This document shows, in pieces, positions 17,761-26,512 of a stretch of DNA of 64,000 nucleotides. The notes beneath the pieces were generated by a model that made no database searches, was not told the DNA's origin, and was given only the letters and a program-made list of their open reading frames with translations. Numbering within the stretch: the first letter of the stretch is position 1; each line of letters starts with the position of its first letter. Made by a program: the position numbers and the translations under genes. The DNA is from a virus (lineage: Duplodnaviria > Caudoviricetes). The stretch is from the IMG/VR virus record IMGVR_UViG_3300032327_000792; one strand, 5' to 3'.

Positions 17761-18135
17761 ATGGAAACCAATGATATTCAACCACGTGCAGACTTAGCGG
17801 ACTCTGCAGACGTGGCTCAAGAAACCACAAAAAGTTTGCTAGAACATGCCCGAGTAAAAAACATTGTGTCAGATGGCGTATTTATCAAGGCCTATTCAGT
17901 GCCACAAGGTGTGAAGTTGTATACCAAACAATTTGCCACAGATCATGTGACTATACTAGCACAGGGCAATGTGTATATAGAAGGTCCAGATTACAAAGCC
18001 AAGCTCACAGCTCCAGTTCACGTGTTGCTCAAGGCCAACACACGGTATGCAGTGGCCACCTTGGATGACTGTGTGTGGTATTGTATTCACCCCACAACAG
18101 AAACCGATCTTGACGCCATAATCAAGACATTTTAA
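17761..18135 (+). CDS. cupin-like (beta-barrel) small protein
   Basis: DHVTILAQGNV ... APVHVLLKAN..Y.V.TLDDCVWYCIH alternating beta pattern; metal site incomplete by eye. Confidence 0.5.
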   Translation: METNDIQPRADLADSADVAQETTKSLLEHARVKNIVSDGVFIKAYSVPQGVKLYTKQFATDHVTILAQGNVYIEGPDYKAKLTAPVHVLLKANTRYAVATLDDCVWYCIHPTTETDLDAIIKTF

Positions 18136-18145
18136 GGAACAACAA

Positions 18146-20371
18146 ATGAGTATAGGCGGATTTGATATTGGAGGGCTGGTTGGCGATTTTGGTGGAGACT
18201 TATTTGGGGACTTTGCCACAGACTTTGCCGGCGACTTTCTCAGCGACTTTGCTGGCGATCTTGCACTAGACACATTTGTTGATGGATTTGGCACAGAATT
18301 TCTCACTGACATTGGTGGATCCTTTATGGACATTGGCGGCGACCTGTTCAGTGGTGCCGGTGAATTTTTTGGAGACATTGGCGGCAGTTTGTATGATCAG
18401 GTTGGCAGTTTTGCCGGCGATGCTGACTGGTTCAATGCCACCAGCTTTGGTAGTATCTTAGATTCAGCTGGTGTAGGCATCAGTGAATTTTTTGGTGATG
18501 TCACAGGATCACTCAGCGGTATCACAAATTATCTCCCTTCATCAATCAGCAGTATCACAGGTGCATTGCCATCGGGTATTACCAGTATTCCTGGGATTGG
18601 ATCAATTGTCAACGGCGCCACCAGCATTGGAACAAATTTATTGACCACAGTTGTTGGATCAGCGGTGCCAACCGGCACAGCATTGATTGGCAATGCAATT
18701 GGTGTCAACCCAGCACTGATTGGCGCAACACCAAGAGGACAATTTCCTAGTCTAGGATCAATTGTTGGCGGCACCACCGGAATCAATCCAAACATTGTGC
18801 CCGGAATTGGCGGCGGCGGCATTTCGTTAGGATCAATTTTAGGTACACCAGGATTTGGATCGACCACCGGATACAACACCAGAACTCCTGGAATTGTTCC
18901 AACGTCAGGATTCAGTATTGGTGGAACATTGGATTCGGCGCTGGCGTTTGTCACTGGATCCAGAACTGCTCAAGCGCAACCAAGACCAGTCAATACCACA
19001 CTGCAATTTCCTGACAGTGCCTACAGCAGTACTACTGTAAACATTGATATTGCCGGAGTTGGCATCAACACAGGTGACACAATTGCACAAGACCCAACGC
19101 GAGCAACCAGCACTGGCGGCAACTTCACTGAATTTTACAATTCTGAAACAGGCCTGTATGACGTATTTGATAACGACACAGGCACCACTGTTCAAACAGG
19201 ACTCAGCGAACAGGCAGCAATTTTAGCAGCACAAGATTTGAGCATAGGAAATCCTGCGCAGGATCTCAGTGAGCGGGCAGTCAATATCAACCCCAACAAT
19301 TTTCCGGCCTATGACGACGAAGGCAACTTATTACCTGGATACGAATTAGACGGAGATCAAAATCCTTACTTTGCAGGGTTTGGGCCTATTCAAACCAATG
19401 CTGCAGATGTCAATCTTGCAAACTTTCCGGCCTATGATGACGAAGGAAATTTGTTACCTGGATATCAATTAGACGAAAACAACAATCCTGTGTTTGTAGG
19501 CGGTGGTTTTGTTGAACCTTCAACCCGGGCACTAGCTGATGCTGACCGCACCGCAGCCTTGAGAGATCAAGCTCGCCAACAGCAAACCGTGAGAGATCAA
19601 CGTCAAAACCGAGCACAGGCCGGCGATTGGCGTGTGCGTTTGAGACTGGCACCACAGTCAAACTATCTATACAACGATCCACAGTGCGGACCTGTGCTTT
19701 GGCCATTGCGCAACACCGACGGAGTGATATTCCCTTATACACCCAAAATTGACACAGCCTACAAAGCAGAATACGACGCATACAATCTAACACACTCAAA
19801 CTACAGAGGCTATTTTTACAAAGGCAGTTATGTTGATGCCGTCAACATCAACGCAATGTTTACAGCCCAAGATACTGCTGAAGCAAACTACTTGTTGGCA
19901 GTGATACATTTCTTCCGCAGTGCCACAAAAATGTTCTATGGTCAAGATGCACAACGTGGATCACCTCCTCCGTTGGTATACCTGTCAGGACTAGGAGATT
20001 ATCAGTTTGCTGAACACCCTTGTGTAATTAGCCAATTCAACTATAACTTACCCAGTGATGTAGATTACATACGAGCACAAAGCGGCAGCTCCAACGGAAC
20101 CAACCTGCAGATTCAACGTGATCGACAAACCATTGCCGGCAATCCATTGAGCTATGCACTACAAAGATTGGCCACTGTGGGTTTGACCAAAGGCGCATTG
20201 CCCAATCGTCTGGCCAGTAATACATTGGGTCTAGACAACCCAACATATGTGCCCACCAAAATAGACATTGTACTCACACTGTTCCCAATACAAAGCCGAG
20301 AGCAAGTCAGCAAACAATTTAGTCTTAAAAACTTTGCCAATGGCAACTTACTTAAAGGAGGGTTCTGGTAA
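18146..20371 (+). CDS. baseplate tail-tube initiator-like protein (gp48/gp54/CIS-tube-like C-terminal domain) with long low-complexity N-terminus
   Basis: C-terminal DWRVRL, GVIFPYTP, THSNY, FFRSATKMFYG, PPPLVYLSG.G.YQF, VISQFNYNLPSDVDYI; followed by a gp53-like gene. Confidence 0.55.
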   Translation: MSIGGFDIGGLVGDFGGDLFGDFATDFAGDFLSDFAGDLALDTFVDGFGTEFLTDIGGSFMDIGGDLFSGAGEFFGDIGGSLYDQVGSFAGDADWFNATSFGSILDSAGVGISEFFGDVTGSLSGITNYLPSSISSITGALPSGITSIPGIGSIVNGATSIGTNLLTTVVGSAVPTGTALIGNAIGVNPALIGATPRGQFPSLGSIVGGTTGINPNIVPGIGGGGISLGSILGTPGFGSTTGYNTRTPGIVPTSGFSIGGTLDSALAFVTGSRTAQAQPRPVNTTLQFPDSAYSSTTVNIDIAGVGINTGDTIAQDPTRATSTGGNFTEFYNSETGLYDVFDNDTGTTVQTGLSEQAAILAAQDLSIGNPAQDLSERAVNINPNNFPAYDDEGNLLPGYELDGDQNPYFAGFGPIQTNAADVNLANFPAYDDEGNLLPGYQLDENNNPVFVGGGFVEPSTRALADADRTAALRDQARQQQTVRDQRQNRAQAGDWRVRLRLAPQSNYLYNDPQCGPVLWPLRNTDGVIFPYTPKIDTAYKAEYDAYNLTHSNYRGYFYKGSYVDAVNINAMFTAQDTAEANYLLAVIHFFRSATKMFYGQDAQRGSPPPLVYLSGLGDYQFAEHPCVISQFNYNLPSDVDYIRAQSGSSNGTNLQIQRDRQTIAGNPLSYALQRLATVGLTKGALPNRLASNTLGLDNPTYVPTKIDIVLTLFPIQSREQVSKQFSLKNFANGNLLKGGFW
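19301..19475 (+). repeat. two-copy intragenic repeat, 123-nt spacing (FPAYDDEGNLLPGY.LD)
   Basis: tttccggcctatgacgacgaaggcaacttattacctggatacgaattagacg at 19301 versus tttccggcctatgatgacgaaggaaatttgttacctggatatcaattagacg at 19424. Confidence 0.9.
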
Positions 20372-20670
20372 TGGCCAATTACGATTCAACCAGCCCGTAT
20401 TTTACCACCGGCTATAGTCAATTTTACCTCGACGTCATGGTCAACAGACCTATACCTAAATTGCCCGACGATTTACAATTCACGATCAATCAGACCTATC
20501 AGTATAGACCAGATTTGTTGGCATTTGACCTGTATGAAACTCCCACACTGTGGTGGGTATTTTATCAACGTAACCCCAATGCACTATCAGCACCTCCGCT
20601 GGATTTTGCCGAAGGTGTCACAATCTATCTACCAAAAATAACAACCCTACGAGAAGTGTTGGGATTCTAA
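20371..20670 (+). CDS. gp53: baseplate wedge protein, gp53/LysM-like
   Basis: YQYRPDLLAFDLYETPTLWWVF..RNP...G..IYLPK. Confidence 0.8.
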   Translation: MANYDSTSPYFTTGYSQFYLDVMVNRPIPKLPDDLQFTINQTYQYRPDLLAFDLYETPTLWWVFYQRNPNALSAPPLDFAEGVTIYLPKITTLREVLGF

Positions 20671-20671
20671 C

Positions 20672-23650
20672 ATGGCCAATATTGGATCTTTAGTTGCACA
20701 ACGCAATGTACTACAACGGGAATTAGCTGATTTAGAAATTGAAAGAGACATTGCGCAACGCACAACTCCAGGTTTGGTTCCAGGACTAACGGCTCAAATT
20801 ATTGCCAAGCAACAAGAACTCAACACAGTCAACATACAGATTCAGCAATTGCAAACTGAAACTGCCAGCGCCGGCAATCTAGTTAATGATGATGCACGAG
20901 CCACGGTGCCAAACTCAAGAGCACAATCACCCGAGGCCGGCCCACTGTTGTTGAACGAGGATGGCCGAATTGAATCTCCACCAGATACAAACAGCAGCAC
21001 CAATGCATTACCATCAGTTTCTCTTGCCAACGAAGACTCTGGACTCAACGGTCCTGTTCGTCGAATTGAAGAAACACAAAGTACCAGCCCCGGCAACAAT
21101 GAAGAAGGTGGTCCACTATTATTAAATGCTGAAGTTGATGGCCGAGAAGAATTTGACGGGTCACCATCTGTATCAACCAGTGTTGGAGGAGTTCCAGGCG
21201 CAGGAGCCCCCCGAGATGACACCACTAGCAAAAATGCTACCAAGGTTGAAATTGACAATGCATTCAACGAAGAAAAAATTGTGCCACAACCCAACATACT
21301 TGATCAATATGCCAGCTATACCTATAGTGCCAGTCTGTATCTAATGAATGCCACTGATTATCAAGTCATGATGAAAACCAAAACAAAACAGTTAAGAGGT
21401 GCACAATTGTTGATGCAAAGTGGCGGAGCACCTGTGGGCGGTCGTAATCAATATTTTACCAATGACTATTATATTGAACGCATTGAATTGCGATCTGCCA
21501 TCACAGGCAAAGGTACCAATGCTGCACACAATGTCCACACTGTGAAAATGACAGTGGTAGAACCCAATGGTATTACACTGATTGGCAATCTTGATCGAGC
21601 TGTGCAAGCCTATCTTGGCACCGCCGAGGGAAAAAAGAAAAACTTTGCTGCGCAGATGTATCTGTTGGTCATACGTTTCTACGGATACGATGCACAAGGC
21701 AATTTGGTCAAAGCAGGCACTGTAGCACCAGACGGCATCAGCGATCGATCAGCATTTGTTGAAAAATGGTATCCGCTGGCCATAAACAAAATTGATTTTA
21801 AAATAGCCAACAAACTAGTTGAATATGAAATTGAAGCCACAAGCCCTAGTTATCAAGTTCCAGCAGGTACCAGCCGAGGATCAATACCTTACAACGTTGA
21901 ACTCAGTGGAGTCACTGTAAAAGATGTGTTAAGTGGACCGGCGCAGTATACTTCTGTTACCACTACAGGCGGAATTCAAAATGATGACGAAGGTGTTGCA
22001 TTGTTACCAGCAGATCAAGGTATAGGGGGCACTACCACAACCACTAACTCTGCTCCTGCCAAAGCCAGTGCAGCTCCATCAAACAAAACAACAATTCGCC
22101 AAGGTTTGTTTGCAGCCATGAATGAATATCAGGCACAATTGGTTCGTGACGGAATATACACCTATCCTGATAACTACAGCATTGAGTTTGTAAACGCCAG
22201 TCTTGAACAGGCCCTAATCAAAAACAAAGGATCCACTGACAAGAGCAAGGTTTCAAATTCGACCAGTCAGAATGCAGCCAACAAAAAACTTGGCACCAAA
22301 CAAAGTGTTGACAACAACAGCAAAATTGCCACAATCACAGCAGGTAGTCAAATAGTACAGGTAATTGACCAAGTGGTTAGAAATTCCAGTTATCTTGAAG
22401 ATCAACAAATTGTGATCTTTGATCCCAACTCACAAAAAGAAAAACCCAACGGTGCTGCTGCTAGTAACTTGGCCTATTTCAAGATTGGACTACAGGCCAC
22501 ACCAACCAAGTACGATCCTTTACGCAATGACTATGCCTACGATATCAAATACTCAGTAAACATCTATAGAATCAATGAATCCGGCAGTAATTATTTTTAT
22601 GTACCCACATTCAAAGGCGTACACAAACAATACAATTATTGGTTCACAGGAGAAAATAATTCTGTTCTAAGCTATGAACAGACCATGAATACCCTGTATA
22701 CCAGTGTGCTCAGCGGCGGATCCAGTAATCCTGCAACTATAATCAACGATGCAATGAAATTTAACTTTGATCCTCGCAGTAATCAAAGTAGTCAAGGTGC
22801 CGATGGCAAAGTCAACGAAACCAAAGCCAACTTGGCAGACTATTTGTTCAATCCTGGAGATCTAGCAAATGCTACTTTGACTATAGTAGGAGATCCTGCA
22901 TGGCTACAACAAGGTGAAGCATTTGCTGGGATTAGAAAAAATGATCCATTTTATTTTAGAAGTTTCTTGGCCGACGGAACCATCAACTTTGACAGTCAAC
23001 AAATTTGTTTTGAAATATTAATTAATTCTCCGCGAGACTACAATCTTTCAACTGGATTGATTGATCCAAACGAGCAGACAACCTATTTCTTAAATGGTCG
23101 ACAACCGGGTGCTGCAAGACAAAGTTATGTGTATCGTGCCAATGAGTGCATCAGCGAATTCAATCGAGGCAAATTTACCCAAACACTCAAAGGAACGCTG
23201 AACACCTATTATCCAGATCAAACATTCAAAGCCAACCAGTCTATTGCCGCAGGTATACAACAAGACACTATTAACTCATTGCTTCAGCAAGCAGCCAGAT
23301 CCGGATTGTCTGGATCATTTGGTTCGCTAGTGGGAGCATTGTCAACACCGGCCTTTTTGAATAACCTAGCAGGAACTGGGCTAACTAATCTTGCAGTGAA
23401 CACTGGATTGAATCTTGTAAGTGGTGCGGTAAACAACATACTTGGCAGTTCTCCCACTAGACCATCCTCGGTGGCTACAGCACCAACATCGTCGGGCTTA
23501 CCTGTAGGTACTACCGCAACATTGGTAGTACCAGAATCACAAATTAATCGTGCAGTTGATCTTGGGCCAGCACCTCCGCAAACATTGGCAGCAGGCGATG
23601 ATGCCGGAACAGAAACCAATGGTCCAGAACTGCTCAATAGAGAAACATAA
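20672..23650 (+). CDS. large baseplate hub-like virion protein (992 aa)
   Basis: Lies between gp53 and gp5; IVGDPAWL and YRANECISEFNRGKFTQTL patterns resemble hub proteins; assignment is mainly positional. Confidence 0.45.
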   Translation: MANIGSLVAQRNVLQRELADLEIERDIAQRTTPGLVPGLTAQIIAKQQELNTVNIQIQQLQTETASAGNLVNDDARATVPNSRAQSPEAGPLLLNEDGRIESPPDTNSSTNALPSVSLANEDSGLNGPVRRIEETQSTSPGNNEEGGPLLLNAEVDGREEFDGSPSVSTSVGGVPGAGAPRDDTTSKNATKVEIDNAFNEEKIVPQPNILDQYASYTYSASLYLMNATDYQVMMKTKTKQLRGAQLLMQSGGAPVGGRNQYFTNDYYIERIELRSAITGKGTNAAHNVHTVKMTVVEPNGITLIGNLDRAVQAYLGTAEGKKKNFAAQMYLLVIRFYGYDAQGNLVKAGTVAPDGISDRSAFVEKWYPLAINKIDFKIANKLVEYEIEATSPSYQVPAGTSRGSIPYNVELSGVTVKDVLSGPAQYTSVTTTGGIQNDDEGVALLPADQGIGGTTTTTNSAPAKASAAPSNKTTIRQGLFAAMNEYQAQLVRDGIYTYPDNYSIEFVNASLEQALIKNKGSTDKSKVSNSTSQNAANKKLGTKQSVDNNSKIATITAGSQIVQVIDQVVRNSSYLEDQQIVIFDPNSQKEKPNGAAASNLAYFKIGLQATPTKYDPLRNDYAYDIKYSVNIYRINESGSNYFYVPTFKGVHKQYNYWFTGENNSVLSYEQTMNTLYTSVLSGGSSNPATIINDAMKFNFDPRSNQSSQGADGKVNETKANLADYLFNPGDLANATLTIVGDPAWLQQGEAFAGIRKNDPFYFRSFLADGTINFDSQQICFEILINSPRDYNLSTGLIDPNEQTTYFLNGRQPGAARQSYVYRANECISEFNRGKFTQTLKGTLNTYYPDQTFKANQSIAAGIQQDTINSLLQQAARSGLSGSFGSLVGALSTPAFLNNLAGTGLTNLAVNTGLNLVSGAVNNILGSSPTRPSSVATAPTSSGLPVGTTATLVVPESQINRAVDLGPAPPQTLAAGDDAGTETNGPELLNRET

Positions 23651-23664
23651 TTTTAGGATAGGCA

Positions 23665-25311
23665 ATGGCAGAAAATACACAACGCAGTAGAGGACGTCCC
23701 GGAAATTATAAATTTGATCGCGGCGGCGCACCTGCGGAGATGGGTCCATATGTGGGCATTGTGACCAACAACGTTGATGTTGTGAGAGCTGGCCGTCTAC
23801 AGGTATACATTGAGGAATTTGGTGCTACCAATTCCGACGGCAGTCCCAATTTAACTGATCCAACGCTGTGGCGAACTGTGAGTTATTGTCCGCCCTTTTA
23901 TGGAGCAACACCAATCAATGTAGGCAGTACCAGCGCCGGTGTAGGAACATATCCTGGTAACAGAAACAGTTATGGCATGTGGTTTACTCCACCAGATCTG
24001 GGGGTACGTGTTGTTTGTTTTTTCATCGGCGGTGATCCCAGTCAAGGAATATATGTAGGTTGTCTTCCGGAAACAGGCATCAATCACATGATTCCGGCCA
24101 TTGGATCCAGTAACAAATATGTTGCCGGAAACAAAACACAGCAAAATTATTTTGTTAATACACCATTGTTGCCAGTGACAGAGATCAACCAACTCAATGA
24201 AGCAATCAACGAAAATCCTAGATTTTACGATCAGCCAAAACCTGTGCAAAGTGTAGTGGCTGGCATATTATTTCAACAAGGATTGAACAACGATCCCATA
24301 CGCGGACCAATACGATCAAACAGTCAACGAGAATCTCCAAGCACAGTTTACGGAATATCAACACCGGGCAAAGCAATTTACCAAGGCGGTCTTGATCCTA
24401 AAACCATTCGTGCAAAATTAGAAAAAGGCGAAGTAACACCTCAGGAGATAGCAGTAATTGGACGCATGGGCGGCCACACTTTTGTCATGGATGATGGCGA
24501 CCTCAGTGGCACAGATACTCTGGTACGAATACGCACGGCTAAAGGTCATCAAATCACCATGAGTGATGACGGAGATTGTTTTTACATCACTCATGCCAAT
24601 GGTCAAACCTGGATGGAGTTTGGCAAACAGGGCACTGTGGATGTTTTCAGCACCAATTCAATTAACTTACGTACAAAGGGCACACTGAATTTGCACGCTG
24701 ACAAAAATATCAATATGTACGCGGGCGGCACAATAAAAATCAAAGCTCAAGAAAAAATGTTTTTAGAAAGTGGTAAAACCATGGTTGTGAGTTCCTTGGA
24801 CAAACTGGTGTTGTCTAGTACAAAGTTTTTGGGCATACGCTCAGACGGCACACTGGGAATCAAAAGCAAAATGGGTGGCTGGGAGGCCACTTCGGCATTG
24901 AATTTCAAAGCTAAAGTAATCAATTTAAATGGAGCGCCGACTCCGCCTGTGCCAGAAATTCCACCACTGCCAAACTACAAACTATCAGACACAAAATTTG
25001 ATTCAACCACAGGCTGGACAGTGACTCCAGGAACTTTAGAAACCATTGTAACTAGAGCACCTACTCACGAACCCTATCCATATCACAGCAAAGGTGTCAA
25101 CAACAAAACGGATTTGAATTCAACACCGACCGTTCAAGATCCAACACCATCTTCTACTGTGGCAACAACAAATACCACACAATCTAATTTACAGACCCGG
25201 GCAGCAAATGCAGCAGCCACTGTGTTAAGAGCACCACTGGAGGACCCAATTGATGCCGAAGATTATATTTCAGAACCGCCGGCAGACATAGGAATTGGAG
25301 AAGATCAATGA
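23665..25311 (+). CDS. gp5: baseplate central spike gp5-like (OB domain plus beta-helix), no T4-lysozyme domain seen
   Basis: GIVTNNVD..RAGRLQVYI, YGMWFTPPDLG.RVVCFF, GHTFVMDDG, RIRTAKGHQI.M.D, beta-helix repeats, PTHEPY. Confidence 0.75.
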   Translation: MAENTQRSRGRPGNYKFDRGGAPAEMGPYVGIVTNNVDVVRAGRLQVYIEEFGATNSDGSPNLTDPTLWRTVSYCPPFYGATPINVGSTSAGVGTYPGNRNSYGMWFTPPDLGVRVVCFFIGGDPSQGIYVGCLPETGINHMIPAIGSSNKYVAGNKTQQNYFVNTPLLPVTEINQLNEAINENPRFYDQPKPVQSVVAGILFQQGLNNDPIRGPIRSNSQRESPSTVYGISTPGKAIYQGGLDPKTIRAKLEKGEVTPQEIAVIGRMGGHTFVMDDGDLSGTDTLVRIRTAKGHQITMSDDGDCFYITHANGQTWMEFGKQGTVDVFSTNSINLRTKGTLNLHADKNINMYAGGTIKIKAQEKMFLESGKTMVVSSLDKLVLSSTKFLGIRSDGTLGIKSKMGGWEATSALNFKAKVINLNGAPTPPVPEIPPLPNYKLSDTKFDSTTGWTVTPGTLETIVTRAPTHEPYPYHSKGVNNKTDLNSTPTVQDPTPSSTVATTNTTQSNLQTRAANAAATVLRAPLEDPIDAEDYISEPPADIGIGEDQ

Positions 25312-26084
25312 TTTCATCTGAACAAGTAACTGCGTTGACTGCACAAGCAGCCAATGCTGCCTATGTAAATCCCTATGACAATGACGGAAATTTATTGGTT
25401 GATTGGCAATTAAATGACAGTGGCAATCCTGTGTATCTTGGAACTGAGATATCGACTCGAGGAGTTGGTGTCTATGGACAAACACCGGCTGGATTAACAC
25501 TCACTGGATATCTCAAACCCGGAACCATAAATTTGATTACCGAACCATCACTGACACTGGCAGTGTTAAACACCCCAGCAGTATGGACTGGACAAAACGG
25601 TATCACTAGCTTGCTTGATTATCTCAATGAGCCAATACTTCAAAATCTTGCACAGATTGATATAATGACCGGAGCCTTTCAGGGGTTGATTGATGCTGGT
25701 ATTTTGACAGGTAGAGAATCAGCAAAATTTCAAGCAACTTTTGTGCAACCGGCCGCCAGATATGGAGTAACTGCGGTAGTGAGCTGGGTAAATGATACTG
25801 CCAGTACTGATCTTGTAAACAATATCTTAATAATAGCACGACAGGCACAGTACGCTATAGATTTTGTGGACACTTATTCAGCATTGCTAAATGTTGGAAT
25901 AGGTATTTCAGGATTTGAAAACACAGTGGATCGTCAAGATCTTGACCAAGCAGTGACAGATATCATTGGTAACCCTAAAGTTCCTTCAATTGACTATGCT
26001 GATGCAAACACAATTGCTGCCGTACCCCCAATCGCCGATGAAGACGGTGTATTCCGTTTTGCTCCAGGTAAACCAAAGGATTAA
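25308..26084 (+). CDS. hypothetical baseplate-associated protein (258 aa)
   Basis: ATGA overlap with the gp5-like gene; shares the YD.DGNLL...QL...GNP motif with the 741-aa protein. Confidence 0.6.
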   Translation: MISSEQVTALTAQAANAAYVNPYDNDGNLLVDWQLNDSGNPVYLGTEISTRGVGVYGQTPAGLTLTGYLKPGTINLITEPSLTLAVLNTPAVWTGQNGITSLLDYLNEPILQNLAQIDIMTGAFQGLIDAGILTGRESAKFQATFVQPAARYGVTAVVSWVNDTASTDLVNNILIIARQAQYAIDFVDTYSALLNVGIGISGFENTVDRQDLDQAVTDIIGNPKVPSIDYADANTIAAVPPIADEDGVFRFAPGKPKD

Positions 26085-26087
26085 ATA
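26082..26087 (+). promoter_or_regulatory. late promoter core TAAATA
   Basis: TTAAATA-CTAGACT-ATG(26095). Confidence 0.55.
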
Positions 26088-26094
26088 CTAGACT

Positions 26095-26469
26095 ATGGCC
26101 ACATTCATTGGATTCAACACACAAGATCAGTTTAAAAAATTTACCCTGGTGGATGATGCACTGATCAAGCGCGACTTGCTAAATGCACTAAACATACGTC
26201 AAGGGCAACTGGTGGGACGCCCTGGGTATGGCACAGCACTTTGGGACAATTTGTTTGAAAATCAAACCAACGAAACCGAAGCAGCAATCACTAGAGAAAT
26301 ACAACGTGTTGCAGGTGGAGATCCTCGGTTGCAAATCTCCAGTGTGGACATATTTCCCCAGGAAAACGGCATGCTAATACAGTTGGAATTAACCATTGTG
26401 CCCAGCACCGATGCTGAACGTTTGAGCATATTTTTTGATCAACAAACACGCCAAGCCAGTTATATTTGA
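26095..26469 (+). CDS. gp25: baseplate wedge protein gp25-like
   Basis: IKRDLLNALNIRQG....PGYGT.LW..LFE, EIQRV...DPRL. Confidence 0.85.
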   Translation: MATFIGFNTQDQFKKFTLVDDALIKRDLLNALNIRQGQLVGRPGYGTALWDNLFENQTNETEAAITREIQRVAGGDPRLQISSVDIFPQENGMLIQLELTIVPSTDAERLSIFFDQQTRQASYI

Positions 26470-26499
26470 CATCTTAAACTGAGCCGTTTTTCACTGCCA

Positions 26500-26505
26500 T
26501 AAATA
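26500..26505 (+). promoter_or_regulatory. late promoter core TAAATA
   Basis: CATAAATA-TAAGACC-ATG(26513). Confidence 0.55.
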
Positions 26506-26512
26506 TAAGACC

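Noticed and set aside
18170-19475. Short periodic repeats as a possible CRISPR or TIGR-like array
   Set aside because: Repeats are in-frame, degenerate at third positions and inside a long ORF; there is no repeat-spacer structure.
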